38,197 bases of DNA from Bdellovibrionota bacterium FG-2 (GTDB lineage: Bacteria; Bdellovibrionota; UBA1018). The notes below the pieces were generated by a model. It saw nothing but the letters and a program-made list of their open reading frames with translations, ran no database searches and was not told where the DNA came from. The translations under genes were made by a program, and so were the position numbers. This document shows positions 9,119-16,586 of the stretch, one piece after another (position 1 is the stretch's first letter; the number at the start of each line of letters is the position of its first letter). The stretch spans positions 1 through 38,197 of the forward strand of contig JBBCAV010000029.1 of NCBI GenBank assembly GCA_051382305.1, in the 5' to 3' direction.

Positions 9119-10291
9119 CTAGCTCCACATCGACCACGGCAAGACACTAACCCCTTTTTTTTCGATCACAGGTCGATCAACCGGCGCGACCAAAATCGCA
9201 CGGGGGGATCTCAGTTTCTTCATCGCCCCCTCGAGTGAGCGAGTGTCCCAACCTACGCCTTTTAGATTCGCCTTTGCCGTGATTTTAATGGGAACATTAT
9301 TCCATACCAGATCTACCGGAGTTCCCTGCATGCTTTTATAATAGGTAAGTTCGAGTCGAGGCCCCGAATATTCACACATCGCTGATATTTCATTTAGGAT
9401 AAATGATCGAGCAAGCGAAAGCGTTGCCCCTTCTGATCTCTGCGCCCCCATTAAATGATTAAGGAGTCCAGAATCAAAAACATACCAGTGATCTTTTCCG
9501 ACACCTACGTCACTGCAGCTCATTCTTCGCATAAGAAACGTGTCTTCCATGGCCGTAAGGTACGATTGTAGCCTTCGAGCCTGAATATCTGAGACCATCT
9601 GGGTTGAAAAATATTCACCTCTGGAGGCCGCCTCAGCGGCACGCTTAAGAATTTTCGTCGTCACTCGAGGATCGTAGCTCCTTTTGAAAAACCGCGCGAT
9701 GTCCCGATAGATGGTAGTTTCGAGCCAAGAACTCCAATAAAGGCTCCGAGCCGCTGGGGCCCGCAAAAAACAAGGATAAGGTAGGCCTCCTCGTTCCAAA
9801 CCTTCACTGATTTCTGCGACTCCAAATCGCGGAGCCTGCTCGACGGGGAACACCTCCGGCATCCGAAAGGGCCTTTGATAGAGTTCTGCGAGGGTTAGAG
9901 GATGCAGATGGAGCATCCCAATTCGTCCAGTTAGGGATTCACGAATATCCAGGCGCGCGGAAAACTGAGTCGAACCTGTTAAAAAGTATTGACCGGGCAC
10001 TCGCTTTTTGTCGACCTTCATTTTGATTGCATCAAAAATCTTCGGGGCTTTTTGTGCCTCATCAATCAAAACTGGAAGGTGCAAACGACTCACAAAAACT
10101 TTAGCAGAAGCTTCTGCATCTAAAAGGACGTCTTCATCATCATCAAGACTGAGCTGATTTGGAATCTCTAATTGATTCTTAACAAGGGTAGATTTCCCGA
10201 CCTGCCTCGCGCCAATCACGCCGATCACCGGCCAGAGACTCGCGAGTTTCTTAAGGGGGGCAACCGCAAAGCGAGATCTTTCATGTGGCAT
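9119..10291 (-). CDS. AAA+ ATP-binding protein (AAA_14 + DUF4143)
   Basis: GARQVGKST, IDEAQKAP, LTGS, ESLTGR, RGGLP, DSGL, C-terminal VDLV..IKI nuclease-like segment. Confidence 0.92.
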   Translation of the reverse strand: MPHERSRFAVAPLKKLASLWPVIGVIGARQVGKSTLVKNQLEIPNQLSLDDDEDVLLDAEASAKVFVSRLHLPVLIDEAQKAPKIFDAIKMKVDKKRVPGQYFLTGSTQFSARLDIRESLTGRIGMLHLHPLTLAELYQRPFRMPEVFPVEQAPRFGVAEISEGLERGGLPYPCFLRAPAARSLYWSSWLETTIYRDIARFFKRSYDPRVTTKILKRAAEAASRGEYFSTQMVSDIQARRLQSYLTAMEDTFLMRRMSCSDVGVGKDHWYVFDSGLLNHLMGAQRSEGATLSLARSFILNEISAMCEYSGPRLELTYYKSMQGTPVDLVWNNVPIKITAKANLKGVGWDTRSLEGAMKKLRSPRAILVAPVDRPVIEKKGVSVLPWSMWS

Positions 10292-10340
10292 ATATTGATA
10301 CTAATACCATGTCATCTATATGTAAAGTATTGGTATCAAT
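10292..10340 (-). promoter_or_regulatory. Leaderless sigma70 promoter with overlapping inverted repeat (putative operator)
   Basis: TTTACA(10326-10321)-N17-TAGTAT(10303-10298)-N6-ATG; IR arms ATTGATACTAATAC (10294-10307) and GTATTGGTATCAAT (10327-10340), 13/14 match. Confidence 0.6.
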
Positions 10341-10452
10341 TATGCCGACACTTACACTTATTAAATGATGCCTGGCCGCATCATCAATCCCCCTAAGCCG
10401 GCACAAAACCGACTTGCAATCCCGTTCATTTATTGGCAAATATGGAGGCATC

Positions 10453-10653
10453 ATGAAAAACACCACTCAAAACATCGACCCCAACAAAGTCGCCCAAAAA
10501 GCCTACGAATACTACCTCCAGCGCGGCTGCCAGCAAGGAAATGAACTCGAGGATTGGCTCCGCGCCGAGGCCGAACTCAATGCCCCCCTACCGAGCACCA
10601 AGTCTATGGCGCCCAAGACAGCCGCTGCGACCAAGACGAAGAAAAAGAAATAA
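10453..10653 (+). CDS. DUF2934 domain-containing protein
   Basis: SD GGAGG; VAQKAYEYYLQRG..G..LEDWLRAEAEL; Lys/Ala-rich tail. Confidence 0.88.
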   Translation: MKNTTQNIDPNKVAQKAYEYYLQRGCQQGNELEDWLRAEAELNAPLPSTKSMAPKTAAATKTKKKK

Positions 10654-10702
10654 CGCCTTTGCGGTTGTTTAAGCAGCCGAATTGTTTTAGTTCTGAGAAC
10701 GT

Positions 10703-10787
10703 GCTCGCGTGGTGAAATTGGTAGACACGCTGGTCTTAGGAACCAGTGGGGTAACCCTTCGCGGTTCGAGTCCGCGCGCGAGCACCA
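10703..10787 (+). tRNA. tRNA-Leu (anticodon TAG)
   Basis: GCTCGCG/CGCGAGC acceptor stem, TGGTAGAC D-loop, CTGGT-CTTAGGA-ACCAG anticodon arm, long variable arm, GTTCGAGTC, encoded CCA. Confidence 0.97.
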
Positions 10788-10867
10788 ACTTAATTCCTCC
10801 CATTAAATCAGTCACTTGAATCGCCGCAAGACACACTCTTTGTCTCGACGATATCGTCCGGTTTGGG

Positions 10868-10889
10868 TTCCGATACGCTGGCGATACAA
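10868..10889 (+). repeat. 22-bp direct repeat copy 1 (putative integrase arm-type sites)
   Basis: TTCCGATACGCTGGCGATACAA, identical to 12809-12830; contains CGATAC twice, 11 bp apart. Confidence 0.85.
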
Positions 10890-10912
10890 CTTGCGAGAAG
10901 ATTGATTGAGTG

Positions 10913-11185
10913 CTATTTGGTCTTTTCTTGCAATTGGGCATCGGTCATTTTCCCCCGATAGTGCTGCATGTTGACCACAGGGGTGTTCCCCATAATCTCT
11001 GAAGCCTCTTCAACCGTCAAACCGGACGCTTTCGCATGAGCACTCCAAGTTCTTCGTAGGTCATGCCTATGAAACGGAGGGGCACCTCTACCCAGTAGGG
11101 CTTCGGATTTAGGCGACCAAACTCCAGCAGCCTGAAGTAAGCTTGCCCATGCCGAGCGAACGTCATCAATCCTCCGCCAAGAAGC
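10913..11185 (-). pseudogene. Tyrosine recombinase/integrase C-terminal remnant
   Basis: Frame open 11251->10913 without a plausible upstream start: WRRIDDVRSAWASLLQAAGV...PFHRHDLRRTWSAHAKASGLTVEEASEIMGNTPVVNMQHYRGK...*; HxxR (HDLRRT at 11065-11048) and catalytic Tyr (HY). 5' boundary approximate. Confidence 0.85.
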
Positions 11186-11373
11186 CCCAGCCTCACTCCC
11201 GCCTTTGGCGCTGTGGTCGCAAGGCGGAGATCCGCGAAGGAGATGAATGGGTCATATGTCGAAAACAAGGCTGTTAATGATGTGATTTTTATCGGCCTGC
11301 GAGCCCGAAGTCCGTTTTAGCTGTGCAGAAAGGGTTCGTTTTTACTGAGCGCCGACACTAAAGAAGCCGAAAC

Positions 11374-11410
11374 TTGACTCTCGACATTAATAAGCCTAAT
11401 AATATTATTA
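11374..11410 (+). promoter_or_regulatory. Putative TA promoter with perfect palindrome operator
   Basis: TTGACT at 11374 and 14-bp palindrome TAATAATATTATTA (11397-11410) over the -10 region, just upstream of the RHH gene. Confidence 0.5.
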
Positions 11411-11424
11411 AGAGGTACTGTTTT

Positions 11425-11667
11425 ATGGGCTCAACAAGCAAAGCACGAATTGTATCAATTTCATTGCCGCCTGATATGACGAAAGAAGTTCAAAAACTTG
11501 CCCACGAAGAGCGACGTTCAGTGAGTGAAGTACTCAGAGAAGCCTTCCGCCAGTATGCAGCTAATAAGGCACTAAAGGATGTTCGTGCCGAAGCCCGAAA
11601 AATCGTGAAAAAGAAGGGGTTAAAGCCCGAAGACATCGTCAACATGGTTCGCGAGGGGCGAAAGTAG
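11425..11667 (+). CDS. CopG/ribbon-helix-helix antitoxin
   Basis: SD GAGG, ATG 11425; IVSISLP..M...V..LA..E.RSVSEVLREA.RQY RHH signature. Confidence 0.88.
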   Translation: MGSTSKARIVSISLPPDMTKEVQKLAHEERRSVSEVLREAFRQYAANKALKDVRAEARKIVKKKGLKPEDIVNMVREGRK

Positions 11668-11676
11668 GAAACCACT

Positions 11677-12087
11677 GTGGTCAAAGTATGCATTGATACC
11701 AACGTATGGTTGAGCGGTTTTGCGTTTTCCGGAGCGCCATCCGAAATCGTCACTTTAGCCATGAACAAGAAAATAGGCGTCGTGACCTCCGGCTTCATCC
11801 TAAAAGAGCTAGAGAGGAACCTCGTTTCAAAAATTGGCGTTCATCCCAAGAAGGCGGCGAACCTTTGTTTCCGTATCGCTCAGATTTCCGACGTGTACGA
11901 GCCAAAGGGTACGGTAAATGTGATTCAGGGAAACCATGGCGATAATCTGGTTTTGGAGACCGCCTGGATTGGACGGGCCAAGTACCTCGTCACTGGTGAC
12001 AAAAAACACATTCTCCCAATCAAGATTTTCAGAAACATCAAAATTCTCGAGCCCTCAAAACTGCTCGAAGTGTTAAGCTTTCGGTAA
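11677..12087 (+). CDS. PIN-domain (PIN_3 / VapC-like) putative toxin
   Basis: VCIDTNVWLS, ILKEL, DNLVLETA, YLVTGDKKH motifs. Confidence 0.92.
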   Translation: MVKVCIDTNVWLSGFAFSGAPSEIVTLAMNKKIGVVTSGFILKELERNLVSKIGVHPKKAANLCFRIAQISDVYEPKGTVNVIQGNHGDNLVLETAWIGRAKYLVTGDKKHILPIKIFRNIKILEPSKLLEVLSFR

Positions 12088-12194
12088 AATGGAAAGGCTT
12101 TGGTGATGCCGAGCCGAGCATTTTTCGAGGGTATTCTATACGACCCCCTCGCCTTTTCAACCAGGCTACATTATGAGTTAGTTGAGGTGAACTT

Positions 12195-12788
12195 ATGACA
12201 ATAGCCCACACATCATCCAAAAAAACGTCTCTGAAGCAAGGACAAGTCATTCAGCTCAAAGTCAGCCTTCGAGAATCTGACCCCTTGATATGGCGACGCT
12301 TCATTGTACCGGCCACCATGACTCTCGCCAAACTTCATGATGTTCTTCAAATCGTGATGGGTTGGCAGAACTCACACCTTTCTCGGTTTGAGGTAAATGG
12401 GGTCGATTATACAGACGATGAACCTGAGTTCAAGGATGAACCTGAGGTCAAGCCGCTTTCAACAAAGATTAGTGACATTGCCGAACAAGCCGAGACCTTC
12501 CTTTACCTTTACGACTACGGCGATGGTTGGGAGCACGAAATCACTATAGAAAAGATTAGTAAAAAAGATGATTGCCTTCACTATCCCATTTGCATTGGTG
12601 GCGAGAACGCCTGTCCGCCGGAAGATTGCGGGGGCATGGGTGGTTATTACGAAAAGCTTGAGGAATATGCTGACGAAGACAACGAAGGGCACGAGTCGAC
12701 CAAAATGTGGCTTGGCGGATACTTCGATTCAACGACCTTTGATCCGAATAGAATCAATCGTGACATGCTCTGGGAAAAGAAGTGGTAA
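12195..12788 (+). CDS. Plasmid pRiA4b ORF-3 family protein
   Basis: PLIWRR, TLAKLH..LQ..MGWQNSHL, YLYDYGDGWEH, GENACPPEDCGG. Confidence 0.93.
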   Translation: MTIAHTSSKKTSLKQGQVIQLKVSLRESDPLIWRRFIVPATMTLAKLHDVLQIVMGWQNSHLSRFEVNGVDYTDDEPEFKDEPEVKPLSTKISDIAEQAETFLYLYDYGDGWEHEITIEKISKKDDCLHYPICIGGENACPPEDCGGMGGYYEKLEEYADEDNEGHESTKMWLGGYFDSTTFDPNRINRDMLWEKKW

Positions 12789-12808
12789 TGACGTTCGAAT
12801 ACTTCCGT

Positions 12809-12830
12809 TTCCGATACGCTGGCGATACAA
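12809..12830 (+). repeat. 22-bp direct repeat copy 2 (putative integrase arm-type sites)
   Basis: TTCCGATACGCTGGCGATACAA, identical to 10868-10889. Confidence 0.85.
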
Positions 12831-12988
12831 ACTCAAAGTAGCGCGAACGAGCGTCACGAGCTAAGTTCAGCGACTTAGCAACGTCCGATCGGAAGGCACT
12901 TTCCCCTACCCTGAAAAAAGCGCCATCCATATTTAACTCATAATTACCTAAACTTGCAGCAAATGCTCGCCAAAAAAAATCGGCGTTT

Positions 12989-13050
12989 ACGCTGGTCTTA
13001 GGAACCAGTGGGGTAACCCTTCGCGGTTCGAGTCCGCGCGCGAGCACCAA
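12989..13050 (+). repeat. att site: duplicated 3' part of tRNA-Leu (tRNA fragment, not a functional tRNA)
   Basis: Identical to 10727-10788; starts just 5' of the anticodon stem and lacks the 5' acceptor strand and D-arm. Confidence 0.95.
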
Positions 13051-13058
13051 ACAAATTC

Positions 13059-13292
13059 CTAACCTTCTCCGCCCCCATGACAACCCCCGCCTTCGCTCAT
13101 AGGACAACCATGGCAGCCATGCTGGGTACTCTCTCTCAGATCGCCCTGCCCACCCACCGCAAACGCCGAAATCAGCTTTCGGGTCTGTTTACCGTGACAT
13201 TTTGGGCACGTTCCCTGGTCGGGGTCGGTACTTGAAGTGATTTGTTCAAACTTGGATTTGCATGATTCACAAAAAAATTCGTAAAGCGCCAT
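13059..13292 (-). CDS. FmdB family zinc-ribbon protein
   Basis: MALYEFFCESC..FE...CPKCHG...KLISAF; SD AGGAG; Cys/Gly tail. Confidence 0.9.
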   Translation of the reverse strand: MALYEFFCESCKSKFEQITSSTDPDQGTCPKCHGKQTRKLISAFAVGGQGDLRESTQHGCHGCPMSEGGGCHGGGEG

Positions 13293-13340
13293 ATCAACTC
13301 CTTAACATAAGGAACCAATTGAGTTAAACAGGATTAGTGT

Positions 13341-13417
13341 GACTCCGTAGCTCAGTTGGATAGAGCAGGTGCCTTCTAAGCATCAGGTCGGAGGTTCGAA
13401 CCCTCTCGGAGTCGCCA
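13341..13417 (+). tRNA. tRNA-Arg (anticodon TCT)
   Basis: GACTCCG/CGGAGTC acceptor, GCTC/GAGC D-stem, GGTGC-CTTCTAA-GCATC anticodon arm, GGTTCGAAC, CCA. Confidence 0.97.
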
Positions 13418-13478
13418 TTTTCCTCGGCATTTCGTGCCCATTTTTATTTTTCTTATTGGCCAATAGAATAGTCCTGGG

Positions 13479-14960
13479 ATGACTCGATTCTCACTTTGGA
13501 AAAGTGTGCCTATTTTGCTGCTCTTTGCCTCTTCGCCGCTCACACTGGCTGATGACACTCCATGCCTGGATGAGCCCGTGGGCTTACCAGGAGCCCCCGC
13601 CGAAACCGCTGCGATAAAGGAGAGCGCACGCGAAGCCTATATTCAAGACTTACTCAAAGATGGCGTAAGGCAGTGTTGCGAAATCGAAACTTTCCGTGGA
13701 GTTGGCAACCTAATGCTTGGCGCGAACCAAAGTGAAGCAGATCTATTGAGAAAGAAGCCCCACTTGGCTGGCTATTTGGCGGCTCACTTGGGTGAAGACT
13801 ACTATGCTCCTTGGCAAATTTCGGTTTTTCCAAGAGAAGACCTGGCTAAGACGGCACTCAATTTGGGATATGAATACGAGGGAACAAAATCATGTTTTCA
13901 ATCTGTGACAGATGCAATGAAGTTTCTGCAAGAACCCTCCAAGCCGCCCTCTAAAGATAGAATCAATGAAATAAAATCAACTATCGCGACCCTCGATTTG
14001 AGTCTTGAGGATCAAAATCTAGGCAAAACGGGCGCTATAGTTTTCGGTGGGAAGCTTCTCGCATGCACTTCTCTTGAGCCGACCTCTGCCGCCAATTGTA
14101 CCCAAGGACTAGAGCAGATCCGAACGACCATGACCCAACAAGTAGCTGAAGTCAGCACCCTCGGTCATCCCATGAACTTTAGTCTTCTTCCAACCCTGAA
14201 AGAAGTTTTGACTAACCCCAAGTACGTCGAAGGCGTACGTTTGGCAGCTCTGAAAATCGGAAATAAAATCTACGCTGCACCCAGCGCACGAAACGGAAAC
14301 CTTTTTAATGACATCTATGGCTCCTTTGTCGAATCGGGACTAAGCCCGAAGGACGCCCAAGAGTGCACTTTTGTTCGACTCTACGCCATTGATCCCAAAT
14401 GCACTCCTGCCAGTCCAGTAAAAGAAGGGCTCTCCCTCATCAGTCTAGCCATGCCTCTTTTGGATATTCAGTACGCTTCGAGCGGCCACTTCTATAGTTA
14501 CCCGACCAATATTCACACAACCTGCAATCAAGCAAAGCCGTACCACTTTTGGATGTCGGCCTTTCTTGCGCGAGAGGTAGCCAAATCCACCGGTGACCCC
14601 AAAGCCGGTAGTGCGGCCGCCTATACAGCCGAAAAAGGGTATCAAGTCGTTGCGGATGCTGGATACCGGGCCCCCGCACGCGTCTATGTTGTTGATACCT
14701 TTGAGGCCTTCAATAATGTAACAAGGATGGACCTCGCATACTCAGCAGCAGGTGCCGTATTTGGCGCAAATTCGGTAGAGCGTCTTTCGACGAAGGAGCT
14801 TAATATTGATAAAGGGGTCGTAACCCTTCTTCGATCGGCGAGCGATAGACGAATAATGAAACCGGATGAGGCGAAGGCCTTGGCGAAAAATCCGCCTCGG
14901 GCCTACCTAGAATGGTCGTCAAGGTTCAATCCTAATTCTGCCTACCAACTCTACAAATAA
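13479..14960 (+). CDS. Hypothetical secreted protein
   Basis: 493-aa ORF with signal peptide (LTLA-DD); no recognised domain. Confidence 0.8.
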   Translation: MTRFSLWKSVPILLLFASSPLTLADDTPCLDEPVGLPGAPAETAAIKESAREAYIQDLLKDGVRQCCEIETFRGVGNLMLGANQSEADLLRKKPHLAGYLAAHLGEDYYAPWQISVFPREDLAKTALNLGYEYEGTKSCFQSVTDAMKFLQEPSKPPSKDRINEIKSTIATLDLSLEDQNLGKTGAIVFGGKLLACTSLEPTSAANCTQGLEQIRTTMTQQVAEVSTLGHPMNFSLLPTLKEVLTNPKYVEGVRLAALKIGNKIYAAPSARNGNLFNDIYGSFVESGLSPKDAQECTFVRLYAIDPKCTPASPVKEGLSLISLAMPLLDIQYASSGHFYSYPTNIHTTCNQAKPYHFWMSAFLAREVAKSTGDPKAGSAAAYTAEKGYQVVADAGYRAPARVYVVDTFEAFNNVTRMDLAYSAAGAVFGANSVERLSTKELNIDKGVVTLLRSASDRRIMKPDEAKALAKNPPRAYLEWSSRFNPNSAYQLYK

Positions 14961-15105
14961 CATCTCAATATCGGTTCTTTCTCGGCAAAACTTGAATCTT
15001 CTAAATTCCCATTCCACAGAAATTCCCCTCATCTCCTTGCGCCCGCGACCGATAGATTACTTAAGTTTGGGGCAACTCGGTCGGTGGAAAAAAAGGGGCA
15101 AACCT

Positions 15106-15417
15106 ATGAGAATTATTTCGCTTTCCAAAAGAATAGGTCAACGGCTCATGTCGCGCCACATTGCTGCGGAGTTACGCAATGAGCTCGTGCAAAACAATGA
15201 GCCGGTGCAATTGGATTTCTCTGGAATCAAATGGCTCAGTCATACTTTTGCCGATGAGTTGATTGGCACACTTCATAGAAACTATGGAGAAGAGATTTTT
15301 AATTCACGTTTCAGATTACGTAACGTTTCCCTGGAAATTCGCGGAGTCATCAGCGCAAGCATCCAAAAATCCCAAGATCTCTCTCGGGAAACAGTGAATA
15401 CGAAGCGCGCCGCTTAG
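15106..15417 (+). CDS. STAS-like DUF4325 domain protein
   Basis: ATG 15106 after AAGGGG; SR..A..LR, V.LDFSGI..LSHTFADELIG motif. Confidence 0.8.
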   Translation: MRIISLSKRIGQRLMSRHIAAELRNELVQNNEPVQLDFSGIKWLSHTFADELIGTLHRNYGEEIFNSRFRLRNVSLEIRGVISASIQKSQDLSRETVNTKRAA

Positions 15418-15420
15418 CTT

Positions 15421-15436
15421 TGGCACCTCCTCTGCA
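15421..15436 (+). promoter_or_regulatory. Putative sigma54 promoter of usp gene
   Basis: TGGCACCTCCTCTGCA, GG-N10-GC, 38 nt before ATG 15475. Confidence 0.55.
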
Positions 15437-15474
15437 ATTGTGTTTGCCTAATATAGAGAGTGAGGAATAACACA

Positions 15475-16506
15475 ATGAGCACAAGCCGCACGATCGACAA
15501 AACAATCAGCGCAGAACCCCGAAGAATCGTATGGGCGATTGATCCGTTTGGTGACACGGAAACAAGCCACCAGCTTGATATTGAATTTCTCAGGCACTAC
15601 TCGCAGAAACAGCCCATCGCCATTGAGCCCGTCTATGTCTTGAGTCCCTCCGAAATCAATCTTTCCGCCGAACTCTCTGCGCCCGTGCTCGCCGAAGCCT
15701 ATCGATTTCGTCCCGCCGCCGAAAAAGCCCTCGAAAAAGCGCTTAGCGGCGTACAAATTCCTGGACTACTGCCACCTAAAATTCTCGTACAATACCTTGC
15801 CTCGCTCACCCACACTTCTCAAGTGCTTTCCGAATACGCTGGGAGCACGGGCGCTCACCTCATTTTAGCCAACACGCACGGACGTTCAGGACTCAAACGT
15901 GCCTTTTTAGGGAGTTTTGCCGAAAGTCTTCTCAACCACGCCCACACGCCAATCGTTATTGTGGGCCCAGGCGTGCAGAGCATGAGACCGTTGGATCAGG
16001 TGCTTTTTCCCACCGACTTCAGAGAAGCCTCTCGAAAGACTCGCTGTGTTTTTCGAAAACTCATCGACTTCGCCTCCGAACTTCACTCCTCGGTGACGAT
16101 CTATCACAGCATTTCGCACACTCTTGAATCGGCGATGCAATCAGGTGCGAGCTTGCTAGGTGGAGGATGGATTCCCATCCAAGCAACGTTTTCCGATGAA
16201 GCAGAAAGGAAGCAACGACGCGCCGAACTTTGGAGCGAGTGGGCAAAAAACAAAGGCGTGCCTTCAGATGCTCTCATCGATGTCCAATTCACCAGCATGC
16301 CCGAGGCGATTCTACAGGCTGCAAAACAGAAAAACGTAGGCCTGATCGCAATGGAACCTCAAAGTGGCCCCCTGGTCTCCGCACTCGTAGGAAGCACGTT
16401 GCGGCAAGTTATTCGACACGCTGATTGCCCGGTCTGGGTCTATCGACCCGATGAGGCTGAGCTCAAAAGTGCGACAACTCCGCTGATTCAAGACAAAGCT
16501 GCATAG
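15475..16506 (+). CDS. Tandem universal stress protein
   Basis: THGRSGLKRAFLGSFAESLL..A..P, VLFPTDF, LVGSTLRQVIRHADCPVWV; SD GAGGA. Confidence 0.92.
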   Translation: MSTSRTIDKTISAEPRRIVWAIDPFGDTETSHQLDIEFLRHYSQKQPIAIEPVYVLSPSEINLSAELSAPVLAEAYRFRPAAEKALEKALSGVQIPGLLPPKILVQYLASLTHTSQVLSEYAGSTGAHLILANTHGRSGLKRAFLGSFAESLLNHAHTPIVIVGPGVQSMRPLDQVLFPTDFREASRKTRCVFRKLIDFASELHSSVTIYHSISHTLESAMQSGASLLGGGWIPIQATFSDEAERKQRRAELWSEWAKNKGVPSDALIDVQFTSMPEAILQAAKQKNVGLIAMEPQSGPLVSALVGSTLRQVIRHADCPVWVYRPDEAELKSATTPLIQDKAA

Positions 16507-16586
16507 TCCCAGCAACTTAACGCATCGAGCTATGTGGGAAATATTTTCCCAACGAAATTGATTCCATCTTAGGATACGCTCATAAA

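Larger units (their letters stand above)
10727..13050. mobile_element. Degenerate integrative islet in tRNA-Leu (2262-bp unit)
   Basis: 62-bp perfect direct repeat at 10727-10788 and 12989-13050; integrase remnant, arm-type repeats, TA and pRiA4b cargo inside. Confidence 0.9.

Noticed and set aside
10397-10420. Sigma54 promoter before DUF2934 (CGGCAC...TTGCA)
   Set aside because: GG-to-GC spacing is longer than the strict 10 nt.
11017-11268. 83-aa minus-strand ORF in the islet
   Set aside because: Overlaps the integrase remnant in another frame; no SD or domain.
10868-12830. 22-bp repeats as a CRISPR array
   Set aside because: Only two copies 1.9 kb apart, no spacers, no cas genes.
12989-13049. 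Second tRNA-Leu gene
   Set aside because: Lacks the D-arm and a properly placed 5' acceptor strand; it is the att duplication.
10687-13107. Track ORFs 10687-10941 and 12754-13107 sharing LVLARGLEPRRVTPLVPKTSV
   Set aside because: Antisense translations of the tRNA and its duplicate, not protein paralogues.
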